From NCBI GenBank assembly GCA_019058365.1, contig JAHPZE010000007.1:103210-167209 (forward strand): a stretch of DNA of 64,000 bases. Direction: 5' to 3'. The notes beneath the pieces are model-generated. The model worked only from the letters and a program-made list of their open reading frames with translations. It had not been told where the DNA came from and ran no database searches. The DNA is from Promethearchaeota archaeon (lineage in GTDB: Archaea > Asgardarchaeota > Lokiarchaeia > Sigyniarchaeales > SOKP01). How positions within the stretch are numbered: position 1 is the first letter of the stretch; the number at the start of each line of letters is the position of its first letter. The position numbers were made by a program, and so were the translations under genes. Positions 32,340 through 42,130 of the stretch are shown one piece after another.

Positions 32340-32882
32340 TTAAATAAAATCTAATAGGCTGGTGTTCTGCCTTGAAATTATTTTTTTATTGATGGCAATA
32401 TGCGACTCAACAAGAGATTGAGATTGAGATTGAGATTTCGAGTCTAACAGTTTAATTGCATCATGGATTAACATCTTTTCTTTAGCTACTTCATCGGCAC
32501 GGTTGTAAATTCGGCATTTTCGCTGAGTGCGTTCATCTGGTCTCCGAGCTGACCATTTATGCATAAGTTCCGTACTTTCTTTTTGAAGCTTGGCTAACTC
32601 TTTAAGAAGTTGTTCCCTAGTAAGTGAGCCATATAACCGCTGTATGAGATCATTTCTTTTTTTGGTGCTTTCTTCGGTTTCTTTTTCAAATTTGGCTTTC
32701 AAACGAATGTATTTCTTTTCAAACATAGGCACAAACTCGATAAGGTCGGAAAAATCGTTTTTTTCTTTTGCGATTTGTAAGCCTTTTCTGAGGATTCCGA
32801 TTGAACTTCTTTCCAAAATTCCCTTATTGGTGTTAATAAGGTTTTCTGCTCTCTGGATTAACTCTTTCTCTTTTTTGTTCAT
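32340..32882 (-). CDS. Hypothetical helical protein with possible C-terminal PIP-box-like motif
   Basis: Coiled-coil composition; ends 'RQNTSLLDFI'. Confidence 0.7.
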   Translation of the reverse strand: MNKKEKELIQRAENLINTNKGILERSSIGILRKGLQIAKEKNDFSDLIEFVPMFEKKYIRLKAKFEKETEESTKKRNDLIQRLYGSLTREQLLKELAKLQKESTELMHKWSARRPDERTQRKCRIYNRADEVAKEKMLIHDAIKLLDSKSQSQSQSLVESHIAINKKIISRQNTSLLDFI

Positions 32883-32924
32883 TTTTTTATCACTTTAAAA
32901 AAAATAAATATTAAATTTGGGGTT

Positions 32925-33269
32925 TTAATTCCAACGTTCTGGAAATATTGGATTTTTGTTATATGTCTTTTTTATATATTCCTTAATCTCGTCGAGTGAG
33001 TTAAACATCTTGATTTCTCCATAACAATTTCTCCCTTCATAATAATAAATGTCTAAATACCATCTGCTTGTATGAAGTCGCTGACTCTCTCCATGATGGT
33101 ATCCAATTGCTAAATGAACTTCCTTCTCGGTTTGTCTAAAGTCTTGGGTTTCGGACACAATAAATCTTTCGGGTTCTTTCATGTGTAAACAGGGGTATTC
33201 GGCTTTTTCCCATGCTCTGTTCTCAAACATTAAGGTTTCCAAACTTTTAGTTTCCATTCTTAACATCAC
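32925..33269 (-). CDS. Hypothetical protein
   Basis: ORF in the array, overlaps the upstream gene by 4 nt. Confidence 0.65.
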   Translation of the reverse strand: MMLRMETKSLETLMFENRAWEKAEYPCLHMKEPERFIVSETQDFRQTEKEVHLAIGYHHGESQRLHTSRWYLDIYYYEGRNCYGEIKMFNSLDEIKEYIKKTYNKNPIFPERWN

Positions 33270-33556
33270 ATTTTTTTACTTTGGTTTTTATTTATTGCTC
33301 TAAGTCTTAAGAGATAGCTTTTCTCAAGTTGGGCATATATTTTAAACACTAAGGCGTTAAGGGTTTCCAATTGGCTAATTTCTTGGGATATTTTGTGGCT
33401 TTCTGATCCTCTGTTATTTCTCTTATAGCTTGTGAGATATTGAAGGGAATCTAAAATGAAATTGTGGACTTCTTCAAGTAATTTCGTATTGCGTTTTAGC
33501 TTTGCTTGTTTTAACAGTTCGGTTAATCTCTCTATTGTATTCAAGCTTGCTATCAC
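33266..33556 (-). CDS. Hypothetical protein (first gene of the array)
   Basis: ORF track; 4-nt overlap with the next gene. Confidence 0.55.
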   Translation of the reverse strand: MIASLNTIERLTELLKQAKLKRNTKLLEEVHNFILDSLQYLTSYKRNNRGSESHKISQEISQLETLNALVFKIYAQLEKSYLLRLRAINKNQSKKM

Positions 33557-33931
33557 TTAAGACTTTTATTTTTGGTATGAGAAATAATCATAATTCTTAT
33601 TTAAATGAAATTGGGCTTAAGAATTACTGAACATCAATTAGAGGGCTTCTATTATTAAAGATTAGACAATTTAAGAGGTGAATTGTGGTCTATTTCTATA
33701 AGGCTTAGGGGGTTGGGTATGTTGAGAAGTTGCTCCAGCAATTAAATCACTCCCTCAAAATATTCTTAACGAATACCTAACAAATCCTCAAATGTTAAAA
33801 ATTAATGAAATAATTATGAAAGCTCTAAAATGTGAAGAATAATTGAATTTAATAATTTAAATGAGCTTTTTATACCTATGATAATCTAGCCAATTCCAAA
33901 AAAGTCTTTTACTAAAAGCAGGAGAACAAAT

Positions 33932-35479
33932 GTGGAAACACGAAAGGCATTTGAAAAAGTTCGAAGTTTTGTAGATTGGGAATATAAAGAGAAACGCCCT
34001 AAATCTGTTAAGGCATTGCGTGTAAAAAGTAAAACAGCATTTACCATAGGAGCACTCCCTGACTATCAAATGAGAAGTCATGGACCCATAATTTTTGTTG
34101 TTGTCTCCGATTATGGAGATAATCTAACAGTATATTTCTTTAATCGCTTTGGAGATAAGTTAGGAAGTAAGAAATATGAGTCTACTCCTAAATTTAGAAA
34201 AGAATTAGCAAAGTCTACTACCTTAAAATACCATCTGCCTAAAGAAGAAAAAATAATATATGAAGATACTACTTCTGTTCTCCAAAAAGAATTCTCTAAA
34301 CTACATCAACAACTTAATCATAAACTAGGAATTTCTTATAAATATCCATATGCTCCATTAGTGGATAATACCCTAAAATTTACAGTAAATAGTAGGTGTG
34401 GATGCAAAAAAATAAAAAATGAGCTACATATTCCTTCTGATTTGAAAGAAAAAGGATATTTCGAAATTACAGCTATATTTGAATGGTTTCATTCATATCT
34501 TATGCTTATCATCTCAACAACTGAAGATGCAAACAATGAGCTCATAATATCCGAATTATCACTATTATTAAGTGCAGTATATATTCCTGAACATGCAAAA
34601 AATATCTTAAAACTAATAAATATTGACTATAAAATCGAGATACGAGGACAGCAATTCAATTTAACACAATCCATGAAAACTGTATTAACTTCTCTAACTG
34701 AAATTCCTCAAATGCAAAAATCAGAATTGAGATTTTTATTGAAACGATATATAGGAGTATTAGAATTATTAAAGAAATATGAAATACAATTTTCTCTTAT
34801 TGAAATCATACAATTATTCGTTCATTCTTGCGAAGTATTCAATTCGAATAATGATACTTATGTTCTTTATAATAGTAAAGAGGAAGATATTACCGGTTAC
34901 TTTTATTTCAGGATTTTCTCACGATCACTTGAATTGGCAAAACAGCTCGAAATGGAAGAATTGGCATATAAAACGTTCTTTTTCACTACTATTTTTGGAT
35001 TAACCATTTTAGATTCAAAGGAAATTGAAACTATAGATAAGTCTTTAACAGAAATAATTGATAATACACAATCAATGATGAATAATCCAATAGTTTACTC
35101 ACAAATAGGAAAAATCGATAATCTTGCTTCAGATATACTTTCTAAATACATCGTATCTCAACTTTCTCTAAATATACAACATGCAATAGAAGGTAATGCT
35201 CTAAATGTAATATTGGAAATTCAAAATCCTACCAATTATCCTCTTCAGGATTTTAGCTATAAATTATCATGGAAACCACAAAATAGGATAATGCTAACAA
35301 CCTCAACTGATATATCAAAATCTCGAGATCTACACGAAAGATTAAAAAGAAATTATTTGTTTGATATTCAAAATAGAGGTTTAATTACCATATCATGTGT
35401 AATTGCTTTTAATGACCCTTTAATTTCTGAAAAAATAATAAAAAAATCTGTCATTCTTGATAAAATAAATATTAATTAA
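33932..35479 (+). CDS. Hypothetical protein, 515 aa
   Basis: Long ORF, AGGAGA before GTG start, beta-rich C-terminus. Confidence 0.75.
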   Translation: METRKAFEKVRSFVDWEYKEKRPKSVKALRVKSKTAFTIGALPDYQMRSHGPIIFVVVSDYGDNLTVYFFNRFGDKLGSKKYESTPKFRKELAKSTTLKYHLPKEEKIIYEDTTSVLQKEFSKLHQQLNHKLGISYKYPYAPLVDNTLKFTVNSRCGCKKIKNELHIPSDLKEKGYFEITAIFEWFHSYLMLIISTTEDANNELIISELSLLLSAVYIPEHAKNILKLINIDYKIEIRGQQFNLTQSMKTVLTSLTEIPQMQKSELRFLLKRYIGVLELLKKYEIQFSLIEIIQLFVHSCEVFNSNNDTYVLYNSKEEDITGYFYFRIFSRSLELAKQLEMEELAYKTFFFTTIFGLTILDSKEIETIDKSLTEIIDNTQSMMNNPIVYSQIGKIDNLASDILSKYIVSQLSLNIQHAIEGNALNVILEIQNPTNYPLQDFSYKLSWKPQNRIMLTTSTDISKSRDLHERLKRNYLFDIQNRGLITISCVIAFNDPLISEKIIKKSVILDKININ

Positions 35480-35480
35480 A

Positions 35481-35633
35481 ATGATTAATTTGAGTAATGG
35501 TGAGATTGATAAAGCAATTAGAGAACTAGATCCTGAAATCCAAAAACTGTTAGGTAAGAAAGCTTATGAACAATGGTTGCGAATTTTAAGCATTGTAAGG
35601 GAAGGAAGAGAATTTTTCTATTCTACTATTTAA
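35481..35633 (+). CDS. 50-aa ORF or truncated gene fragment (not in ORF track)
   Basis: MINLSNGEIDKAIRELDPEIQKLLGKKAYEQWLRILSIVREGREFFYSTI starts right after the upstream stop. Confidence 0.4.
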   Translation: MINLSNGEIDKAIRELDPEIQKLLGKKAYEQWLRILSIVREGREFFYSTI

Positions 35634-35664
35634 ATTTTTACTTCAATTAGATTTCTAATTTAGA

Positions 35665-36912
35665 TTAAAGTTCATAACCACAATTTATACAAAAGCGTTG
35701 ACTTTCTCGTATTATTTTATGACCGCATATGGGACAAGTTTTAATATCCCTTGTTAAATCTGACTCTTCATTATATAAATGCAAGTCTTCTTGAGAGGGT
35801 TCCAGTAGAGGTAATCCGGATTTTTTTCGCCTAATACTAACTATTACAACTACAGAGATTACTGCGATAGTTCCGACAGCTATAATAGTAGGGATCAAAA
35901 AACGAGTATCTGATGGTGTTCCATTAGGATTATTATCAGGGGGGATATCTACCTCAAGCCAAGCATTAATCTGATCGAACTTATCTTGATTTAATCGAGT
36001 GCCCATATTCGCATATATTCCGTTTTCAAATTCATACGCATTTATTGATAAAATATAAAAGTTTCCTCCCGCTTCCTCCCACACAGGACCACCACTCTGC
36101 CCTGGAGCAGAATCCATCCAGTACCAATGATTAAAATTATCAGCATCATACCCGATGTCAGAATCATAATACATATTTAATCCTAAATCTAAGTCACCCG
36201 GATACCCCGCAGTATACAATGTTCCCGTATAAATAAGATCAAGGGGATCAGCGGTTTTTCTTCCCATCCACCCTGTCTGATTGCCTATGGTTTGATCAAG
36301 GGTAACCACCGCCCAATCATGTTGTACCATTGCAGATTGAGTCCACTCTGTATACGTTCGAAAATAGGTGGCATATGCATGACCGAAGGGCTCGTAAGAA
36401 CCATTCATCCCCGGTACAACCTTGATTTCACTTACCCATCCCCCATGGTCATGAAAATAGATACAATGACCGCATGTTAAAATATGGAACTCATCGAGCA
36501 TGGCACCAGATCCGATCCATTCAGAATCATCCTCAGCAGTTATAAATAATTTGCAAATGGTGCTCCATGGATAACTTGAAGTTACATTAATTTGTTCTCG
36601 ATCATCAGGTGGAAATGGATACGAAAGCTTAAGCGTATCAGCATGAATGGAACTAATATCATTAAAATTACCTAAAAAAGGCTGACTAATGGTTTGAGGT
36701 GACGATGTTCTGAAATTATCACTTTTCTCTTCCGTTCTTGTAAGAAGATTATAACCAATAGTAGAAGAAGAACTTTTTAATAAAAAACTGGTCTCGTTTG
36801 AAGATATGTTTTTATGAATAAAGAAAAGTGAACCATACGCATAAATAGATGAACAAGAAAGAACTAACATTAATACTCCAAAGATTAATTTCTGATTATA
36901 TACAACTTTCAA
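35665..36912 (-). CDS. Membrane-anchored trypsin-like serine protease (V8/glutamyl endopeptidase-like) with C-terminal zinc ribbon
   Basis: Triad motifs 'LTCGHC', 'HDWAVV', 'GQSGGP'; signal peptide, TM helix, 'CPICG...FCINCG'. Confidence 0.92.
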   Translation of the reverse strand: MKVVYNQKLIFGVLMLVLSCSSIYAYGSLFFIHKNISSNETSFLLKSSSSTIGYNLLTRTEEKSDNFRTSSPQTISQPFLGNFNDISSIHADTLKLSYPFPPDDREQINVTSSYPWSTICKLFITAEDDSEWIGSGAMLDEFHILTCGHCIYFHDHGGWVSEIKVVPGMNGSYEPFGHAYATYFRTYTEWTQSAMVQHDWAVVTLDQTIGNQTGWMGRKTADPLDLIYTGTLYTAGYPGDLDLGLNMYYDSDIGYDADNFNHWYWMDSAPGQSGGPVWEEAGGNFYILSINAYEFENGIYANMGTRLNQDKFDQINAWLEVDIPPDNNPNGTPSDTRFLIPTIIAVGTIAVISVVVIVSIRRKKSGLPLLEPSQEDLHLYNEESDLTRDIKTCPICGHKIIRESQRFCINCGYEL

Positions 36913-36999
36913 TACAAATTACCCTAGCGATTCTTACATTATCATATCACAGCATTGTAATAAATTTTATAGTGCATGAACTTATAATCTCTCATAAAG

Positions 37000-37135
37000 C
37001 AATAGGTGACTCCTACCAGCCAGACCTAATAGGAAGGTCAAAACACAAATAGGCGGAGGGGGGCGAAAATCAGAGTGTAAGAATTTACACTACCAAAAGA
37101 CAAAAATCCAGGGTAGCTGGTAGAAGTCAATATTG
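37000..37135 (-). ncRNA. Candidate multi-stem structured RNA or inverted-repeat element upstream of the protease
   Basis: 16-bp closing stem 37007-37022/37114-37129 (two G-U pairs on the - strand) enclosing GACCT/AGGTC and AGTGTAA/TTACACT hairpins. Confidence 0.5.
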
Positions 37136-37257
37136 TGTTTTTTATCTTCCCTCCCAGTAATATAAGACTAGTCTAATTTTTAAATTTTACACTGAGTTAG
37201 CTTTTCATTTCTCTCCTGTTTAAATTCTGCAACGTTATATCTGTTTTTATCCATTTT

Positions 37258-38298
37258 TCAATCTAATTTAATTCTTAATTGAGAATAATTTCGGAAATCA
37301 TCATAAATTCTTGAAGGATCTCGACGGGTAGTAATAAAAGAAACCTCTCTATCATTGAGTTTGTCAAAGATTAAATTACTAAACACCTCTTCAAGCTGGA
37401 CATTATATAGGTAACTTTTATCCCCATAGACTTTTTCTAATTGTTCTTTGGTGAGAAAATAGCTTTCTTGCTCACATTCTTGATAATAATCTCTATTAAT
37501 ACTATACTGCCTTTTATAATCCTCATAAGGTGGTTTATTAAGGAGATCATCTGCATCTTGCAATACAACAATTCCAGATGGTATATTACAATTATTTATA
37601 GGCATGTGCTCTTTAACTGCTTGAAGTAGTAATGGAACTAATACCTTCTGATAACGGATATCACATTCTGAGAGATCAATACATACTTTTTTCCCCTCAC
37701 TCCATAAGCTCAACCATCGAGGGGTATCCAAGTGCATCCACAAAGTTCGTTCTAATATGGGATCTTCTTGAATGAAATCAATTGCCTTCTCTATACTCTT
37801 TACATTACTCTCATTAAACTCTTCATCATAGGGGTTTTTAATTAAGTATTCCTTCACGTCAGTTAATAAGTCAACTAATGAACTAGGGAATCTGCATATC
37901 TTATAATGCATGAGGACTATCCCTATAATGATTCTCACCTCAAAATGAAAGCCGAATAGTGCATTGATAATACGTTCAAAATGCTCCCTATTCACTTCGC
38001 TTAATGCATTCCCGTAAAAATACGGTATTTCCAAATCTTGATTTCCATATTCATACACTCTATCAAGATGATAAAGATGAGTATCTTCATGTGAGCTTAA
38101 CTTGATCAATAATACTCCAACGTCGGGAACTCTCGTATAAAGTTGGTTTGATATATGAGATAATAATGCACTCTTCTCAGTCTGGTCTTTGCCGTAAATT
38201 AGAATATTGTACTTGAAATATTCCAGAGGAATATTCTCGATTTCTAAACCACTACTATAATCATGCACATACGTGCCAAGATTTATCCTAACCGCCAT
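37258..38298 (-). CDS. Degenerate HerA/FtsK-like ATPase (probably inactive)
   Basis: 'NILIYGKDQTEKS' (decayed Walker A), 'VCIDLS', 'IVVLQDAD' (decayed Walker B), 'FITTRRDPSRI'. Confidence 0.6.
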   Translation of the reverse strand: MAVRINLGTYVHDYSSGLEIENIPLEYFKYNILIYGKDQTEKSALLSHISNQLYTRVPDVGVLLIKLSSHEDTHLYHLDRVYEYGNQDLEIPYFYGNALSEVNREHFERIINALFGFHFEVRIIIGIVLMHYKICRFPSSLVDLLTDVKEYLIKNPYDEEFNESNVKSIEKAIDFIQEDPILERTLWMHLDTPRWLSLWSEGKKVCIDLSECDIRYQKVLVPLLLQAVKEHMPINNCNIPSGIVVLQDADDLLNKPPYEDYKRQYSINRDYYQECEQESYFLTKEQLEKVYGDKSYLYNVQLEEVFSNLIFDKLNDREVSFITTRRDPSRIYDDFRNYSQLRIKLD

Positions 38299-38475
38299 GA
38301 TTATTATCTTTCCTCATTCATTTTTCTGATTCTTTCATTTATTTAGTTATAAAATATTAAAATTAGTATATTTAAAAGAAAAAGCAATTTGAGTGGAACT
38401 TATTTTTTTAATTTGTTTTGCCTTCAGGTATGTTCACCTCTAACACTTAATCATAATTGATATTTTTATTCTGCA

Positions 38476-38745
38476 CTAATCTGTAATTTTTTCTCGACGA
38501 CTCTCGAAATAATTCTTGTAGATCCTAAGCGTCAACCTAGCGATCTCTGATTGAGAATAATTATGCTCTTCTAAAAAGAGTAACAGTGCGTCTAAAAGAC
38601 CTTTCAAATCGTCAAAAAGCTCGATTGCTTTATCACTTATAGAATTAATTAACGTTCTAGTGTCGTGTGTAAATATTTTTAGCTGAGTTCCTGTATCATC
38701 GAGCTTTTTCAGGGTGTCCCTATCTAATTTAACTGCTATAATCAT
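38476..38745 (-). CDS. Hypothetical protein
   Basis: ORF track; plausible composition. Confidence 0.6.
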   Translation of the reverse strand: MIIAVKLDRDTLKKLDDTGTQLKIFTHDTRTLINSISDKAIELFDDLKGLLDALLLFLEEHNYSQSEIARLTLRIYKNYFESRREKITD

Positions 38746-38763
38746 TTTTACCCCTATTCGAAT

Positions 38764-39111
38764 TTAATTTAATAAAAATTCTTGTCTTAAGAGCGAAATT
38801 GCTCTCTTTCTATACTTTGATGGTAATAACTCTATTTCAATACCACGATTATCATGAAAATCAGCAGGAGTATGGGAAAAAAAGGAAATTGTAATTAGGA
38901 GTGCTTTCGTTATGAGCACTTTATTATTAGTTTCTTTTAATACATTCATTAATTTAATTAGCAAAAAACTGATTGGAAGTTCTTGATTCTCATGATCAAC
39001 AATTTTCTTATAATAATAATCCCAGATTCTTGAAATACAATCTATTTCTGAACCATTAAAATCAAAATCTGATATAACCCTCAACCCCGTGTAATCTGAA
39101 ATATTTGTCAC
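38764..39111 (-). CDS. Hypothetical protein
   Basis: ORF track; divergent AT-rich promoter region upstream. Confidence 0.65.
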   Translation of the reverse strand: MTNISDYTGLRVISDFDFNGSEIDCISRIWDYYYKKIVDHENQELPISFLLIKLMNVLKETNNKVLITKALLITISFFSHTPADFHDNRGIEIELLPSKYRKRAISLLRQEFLLN

Positions 39112-39252
39112 TAATTATTGTTTCTTTTATTATGGGTATAAATGGGAATGTTTATATATAAATATATCTATTTCGATCGATTCATGAATAGTTGTGAAAA
39201 TTTATATATAAATATGCTTATTTAATATGTAGGGATAAAATGGTGGTTTAAA

Positions 39253-39459
39253 GTGTCTAAAAAAGAGGAAAAAAAGAAAAAAACATACAAAAGAAAACAC
39301 ATTCCTGAAAATAGTCTCACGATAATTTTTAAGTTTGAATCACAAGAGAAATTACAGGCATTCATACAAGATGAAAAATACCTTAAAATTTATGGAGAAC
39401 TTGTTACGGCTGCACACCAAAAAGGTGTTGCCTCAATTGATAACTTCACTAATCCCTAA
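39253..39459 (+). CDS. Small basic hypothetical protein
   Basis: Lys-rich N-terminus, GGTGG upstream, precedes the HEPN gene. Confidence 0.6.
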   Translation: MSKKEEKKKKTYKRKHIPENSLTIIFKFESQEKLQAFIQDEKYLKIYGELVTAAHQKGVASIDNFTNP

Positions 39460-39484
39460 TAATATAACAAAAGGTATTCTTAAT

Positions 39485-40603
39485 ATGGAAGATTCCTCTC
39501 AAACAAGAACAACTGAAAGAAATATTTTAATCGAAATGTATCAATTTGCCTTAGAATTATCTAATAGTCAAATTCCTAATTTATATGAGCTTGGACATTA
39601 CTTAACAGATAATCTGATTTCAAAAATATGTATGGTTGTCGCTAAAGAGTCTGTTGATAATTTCAATTCAACTTCTTATGAGAAAAAAAAATTTCCACAA
39701 TTATATAGAGATACATTAGAAAAATATTATCCTGATGCTCTTAAATATGAGGATATTTCAGACCTACATACTAAGCGAAATTGGTATCAACATAAATTTT
39801 GGTCAATTGAACATCATTTTAATAGACAATATGCTATTGATTACATTAATAAAGTAAAGGAAATAATGATTTCTATCGGGATAATAAATAATGATGATAC
39901 ACAACCAACTAACTATCTAAAAACACTAAACCCCGATACAATAACGGAATTAATTAAGGCAGCTACTCGTTCTACCACTCCAATACCCGACTCATATGAT
40001 GATTTTAAGAGTATTTTAAGGCATATACTGAAAAATTATATAATAAAATATTATAGAAATGTCATAAACAATATAAAGGAACCGAAGATAGATCGAAGGA
40101 TTAAGAATTTAGTAAATAAATTGATCGAATTAAACGATTCTCAAGCTAAAAATTTTATTGATAAAAACGGGAGTGTTAGACATAACCAAATAGTTAGCGA
40201 TTGTCTTGAAATTAGCTATGAAGAACTCAAAGAAAAACTAAAGAGAAATGAAATTGACACTACAGATACAAAGCGATCATTACCAGTGTTAGCAGGTGAT
40301 CTTGCATTAATCTTTCATAATAAATATGAATCATCCTTGCGTAATGATCATAATTATGTTAGAGATATACGCGGTGAATTGGCTGTAATTATCGGGTATT
40401 ATGATTATATTAAGGAACCATATAATCCTACACGTTTTAAAAATGCACTTACAATTTTAGAGACCCATGGATTAATACAGCAGTCTGGACCTGAATTTGA
40501 AACAAGTGACAGCCCAACTGAATGGAAGATATTAGACCCGTCTAGGCTGAATGAATTCGTTAAAAAAAATTCAATAAATTACATACTAAGAAATGTAATC
40601 TAG
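39485..40603 (+). CDS. HEPN-domain protein (putative RNase effector); start revised from 39335 to ATG 39485
   Basis: Rx4H 'KRNWYQH' in helical context; the revised start avoids overlap with 39253-39459. Confidence 0.65.
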   Translation: MEDSSQTRTTERNILIEMYQFALELSNSQIPNLYELGHYLTDNLISKICMVVAKESVDNFNSTSYEKKKFPQLYRDTLEKYYPDALKYEDISDLHTKRNWYQHKFWSIEHHFNRQYAIDYINKVKEIMISIGIINNDDTQPTNYLKTLNPDTITELIKAATRSTTPIPDSYDDFKSILRHILKNYIIKYYRNVINNIKEPKIDRRIKNLVNKLIELNDSQAKNFIDKNGSVRHNQIVSDCLEISYEELKEKLKRNEIDTTDTKRSLPVLAGDLALIFHNKYESSLRNDHNYVRDIRGELAVIIGYYDYIKEPYNPTRFKNALTILETHGLIQQSGPEFETSDSPTEWKILDPSRLNEFVKKNSINYILRNVI

Positions 40604-40726
40604 ATTTTTGATTAGTTTTAAAGAAAAAGATGCCAAAACGCAAGCACCTCTAGAATCTTCAAACTATGATTCTAATCATATATTTTTATTAATATAGCAA
40701 CTTTTTTAATAATTGGACGAAAGAAA

Positions 40727-41881
40727 ATGAAACCAAAAGCAAAATTAAACTTGGAATGGTTATTTGATTATAATAAAGATAAAACCAATTTTATAAATTT
40801 TATAGACGCTAGAGGAGGAAATTGGGCTGAATCCTTATCCAAAATAATTCAGAATCTGAAAAGTAAAGGGGTACAAGGCATTCAAGACAAATTTAAAGAT
40901 CTGGGATATAACATTGATAATGCTTATACTCAATTAAAACCGAGATTCTGTGAATTAGAAGTTGGAGATTTTATATCGAGTCAAGGAGAAAAAGTATATT
41001 TTTTAGAAGGTCAAAACTTGCCTGATATGATTTCAGGAACAAATAAATTTGATAAAGTGTGGGAGATTTCTACAATTTTTGACTCTCCTGAATTAAAAAA
41101 CCTTTGGATTGAAGCAGATAAAATAATTAGAAATTGGAACCAAAAAGTTAGATGCGATATTAAGCTAAGCGTAGGACTTTCAGGATTTAGACCAGAAAAA
41201 CGATATCACCATACTTTTAATAGAATAGTTAAATGTAGTTTGACTGAATTAAAAAACTTCGATCCAACAACATTAGAACCACATCATCTAGAAATAGTTA
41301 GGTCTCCAATGATTTTTTATCAATTAGAATTAAGTACTACCTCTTTTTCAGGGATTTCAACAATGATGGAAGGAGGGATTGAAGAGATGGCAAATTTAGT
41401 AACTCAAGAATATATTGATTCATGGGTTTCGCAATTTCAAGATAGAGTATTGAAGAAATCAAAACAAATGATTAATAATATTCGAAAAATAGAAAGTCTT
41501 GGAACTAATAAATGGGAAAAGGATAATTATCGCTTGATTACATTAGTCTCAGATGCGGATATATTTTATCATCAATATTTCTCTCAGACATGCTTTGGCT
41601 CATTGGATATTCACAAAACTAAAACTATCGGTGACCCTCGAGTAATTGGAATAAAGTCATCAAATCCTTGGTTTAAATATGTTAAAGAAAATTTTTCTGA
41701 TGATTATGGGAACCCTTTAAAGGAACCTAATGGTGTATTCTTAGATAAAGAAACTGAAGAGATTCACGGAATTCTATTCATTTCATCAAATCGAAGGCCA
41801 ATAGACTATAAGTTTTTAGCAAATCCTTTTGTGAAAAAAAATAATAATCCTAATTTAATTAAATATTTACCAAATTCGTGA
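40727..41881 (+). CDS. Putative PD-(D/E)xK restriction-endonuclease-fold protein
   Basis: 'FCELEVG...LPDMI...VWEIST' (E..PD..ExS variant). Confidence 0.55.
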   Translation: MKPKAKLNLEWLFDYNKDKTNFINFIDARGGNWAESLSKIIQNLKSKGVQGIQDKFKDLGYNIDNAYTQLKPRFCELEVGDFISSQGEKVYFLEGQNLPDMISGTNKFDKVWEISTIFDSPELKNLWIEADKIIRNWNQKVRCDIKLSVGLSGFRPEKRYHHTFNRIVKCSLTELKNFDPTTLEPHHLEIVRSPMIFYQLELSTTSFSGISTMMEGGIEEMANLVTQEYIDSWVSQFQDRVLKKSKQMINNIRKIESLGTNKWEKDNYRLITLVSDADIFYHQYFSQTCFGSLDIHKTKTIGDPRVIGIKSSNPWFKYVKENFSDDYGNPLKEPNGVFLDKETEEIHGILFISSNRRPIDYKFLANPFVKKNNNPNLIKYLPNS

Positions 41882-42130
41882 TAACTATTCAATATATAAA
41901 TTCTAACCTGATTTTTTGATCTAATTCTTAATAATATCCTTTTTTATCTCCTCCGGAAATGTTTTCATTTGTATTTTGGAAGCAAATATTCCTAGGATTA
42001 ATTTTAAAATATTACTATGTAAAAATCAGAAATTTTTAGTGCTATTATGTGTTATATTCTGATTTACTATCATTTAAAGCAATATGTATAATAGTCAAAA
42101 ATACTATTTTTTTCGATGTTCTAACTGCTT

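Larger units (their letters stand above)
30207..33556 (-). mobile_element. Array of 12 short co-directional orphan ORFs (virus/plasmid-like module)
   Basis: ORFs of 51-180 aa packed head-to-tail with A-rich leaders carrying GAGG/GTGA; no hallmark viral gene or integrase seen. Confidence 0.5.

Noticed and set aside
33878-33934. In-frame ATG ATA ATC TAG upstream of ORF 33932, suggesting TAG readthrough (pyrrolysine)
   Set aside because: TAG ends ordinary genes here (8445, 40603), GTG 33932 has its own AGGAGA, and no pyl genes are present
39335-39484. N-terminal extension of the 422-aa ORF
   Set aside because: It overlaps the better-supported 39253-39459 ORF; ATG 39485 is more plausible
40621-40660. 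'KKKMPKRKHL' as a remnant copy of the 39253 gene
   Set aside because: Short low-complexity Lys-rich similarity, not distinguishable from chance
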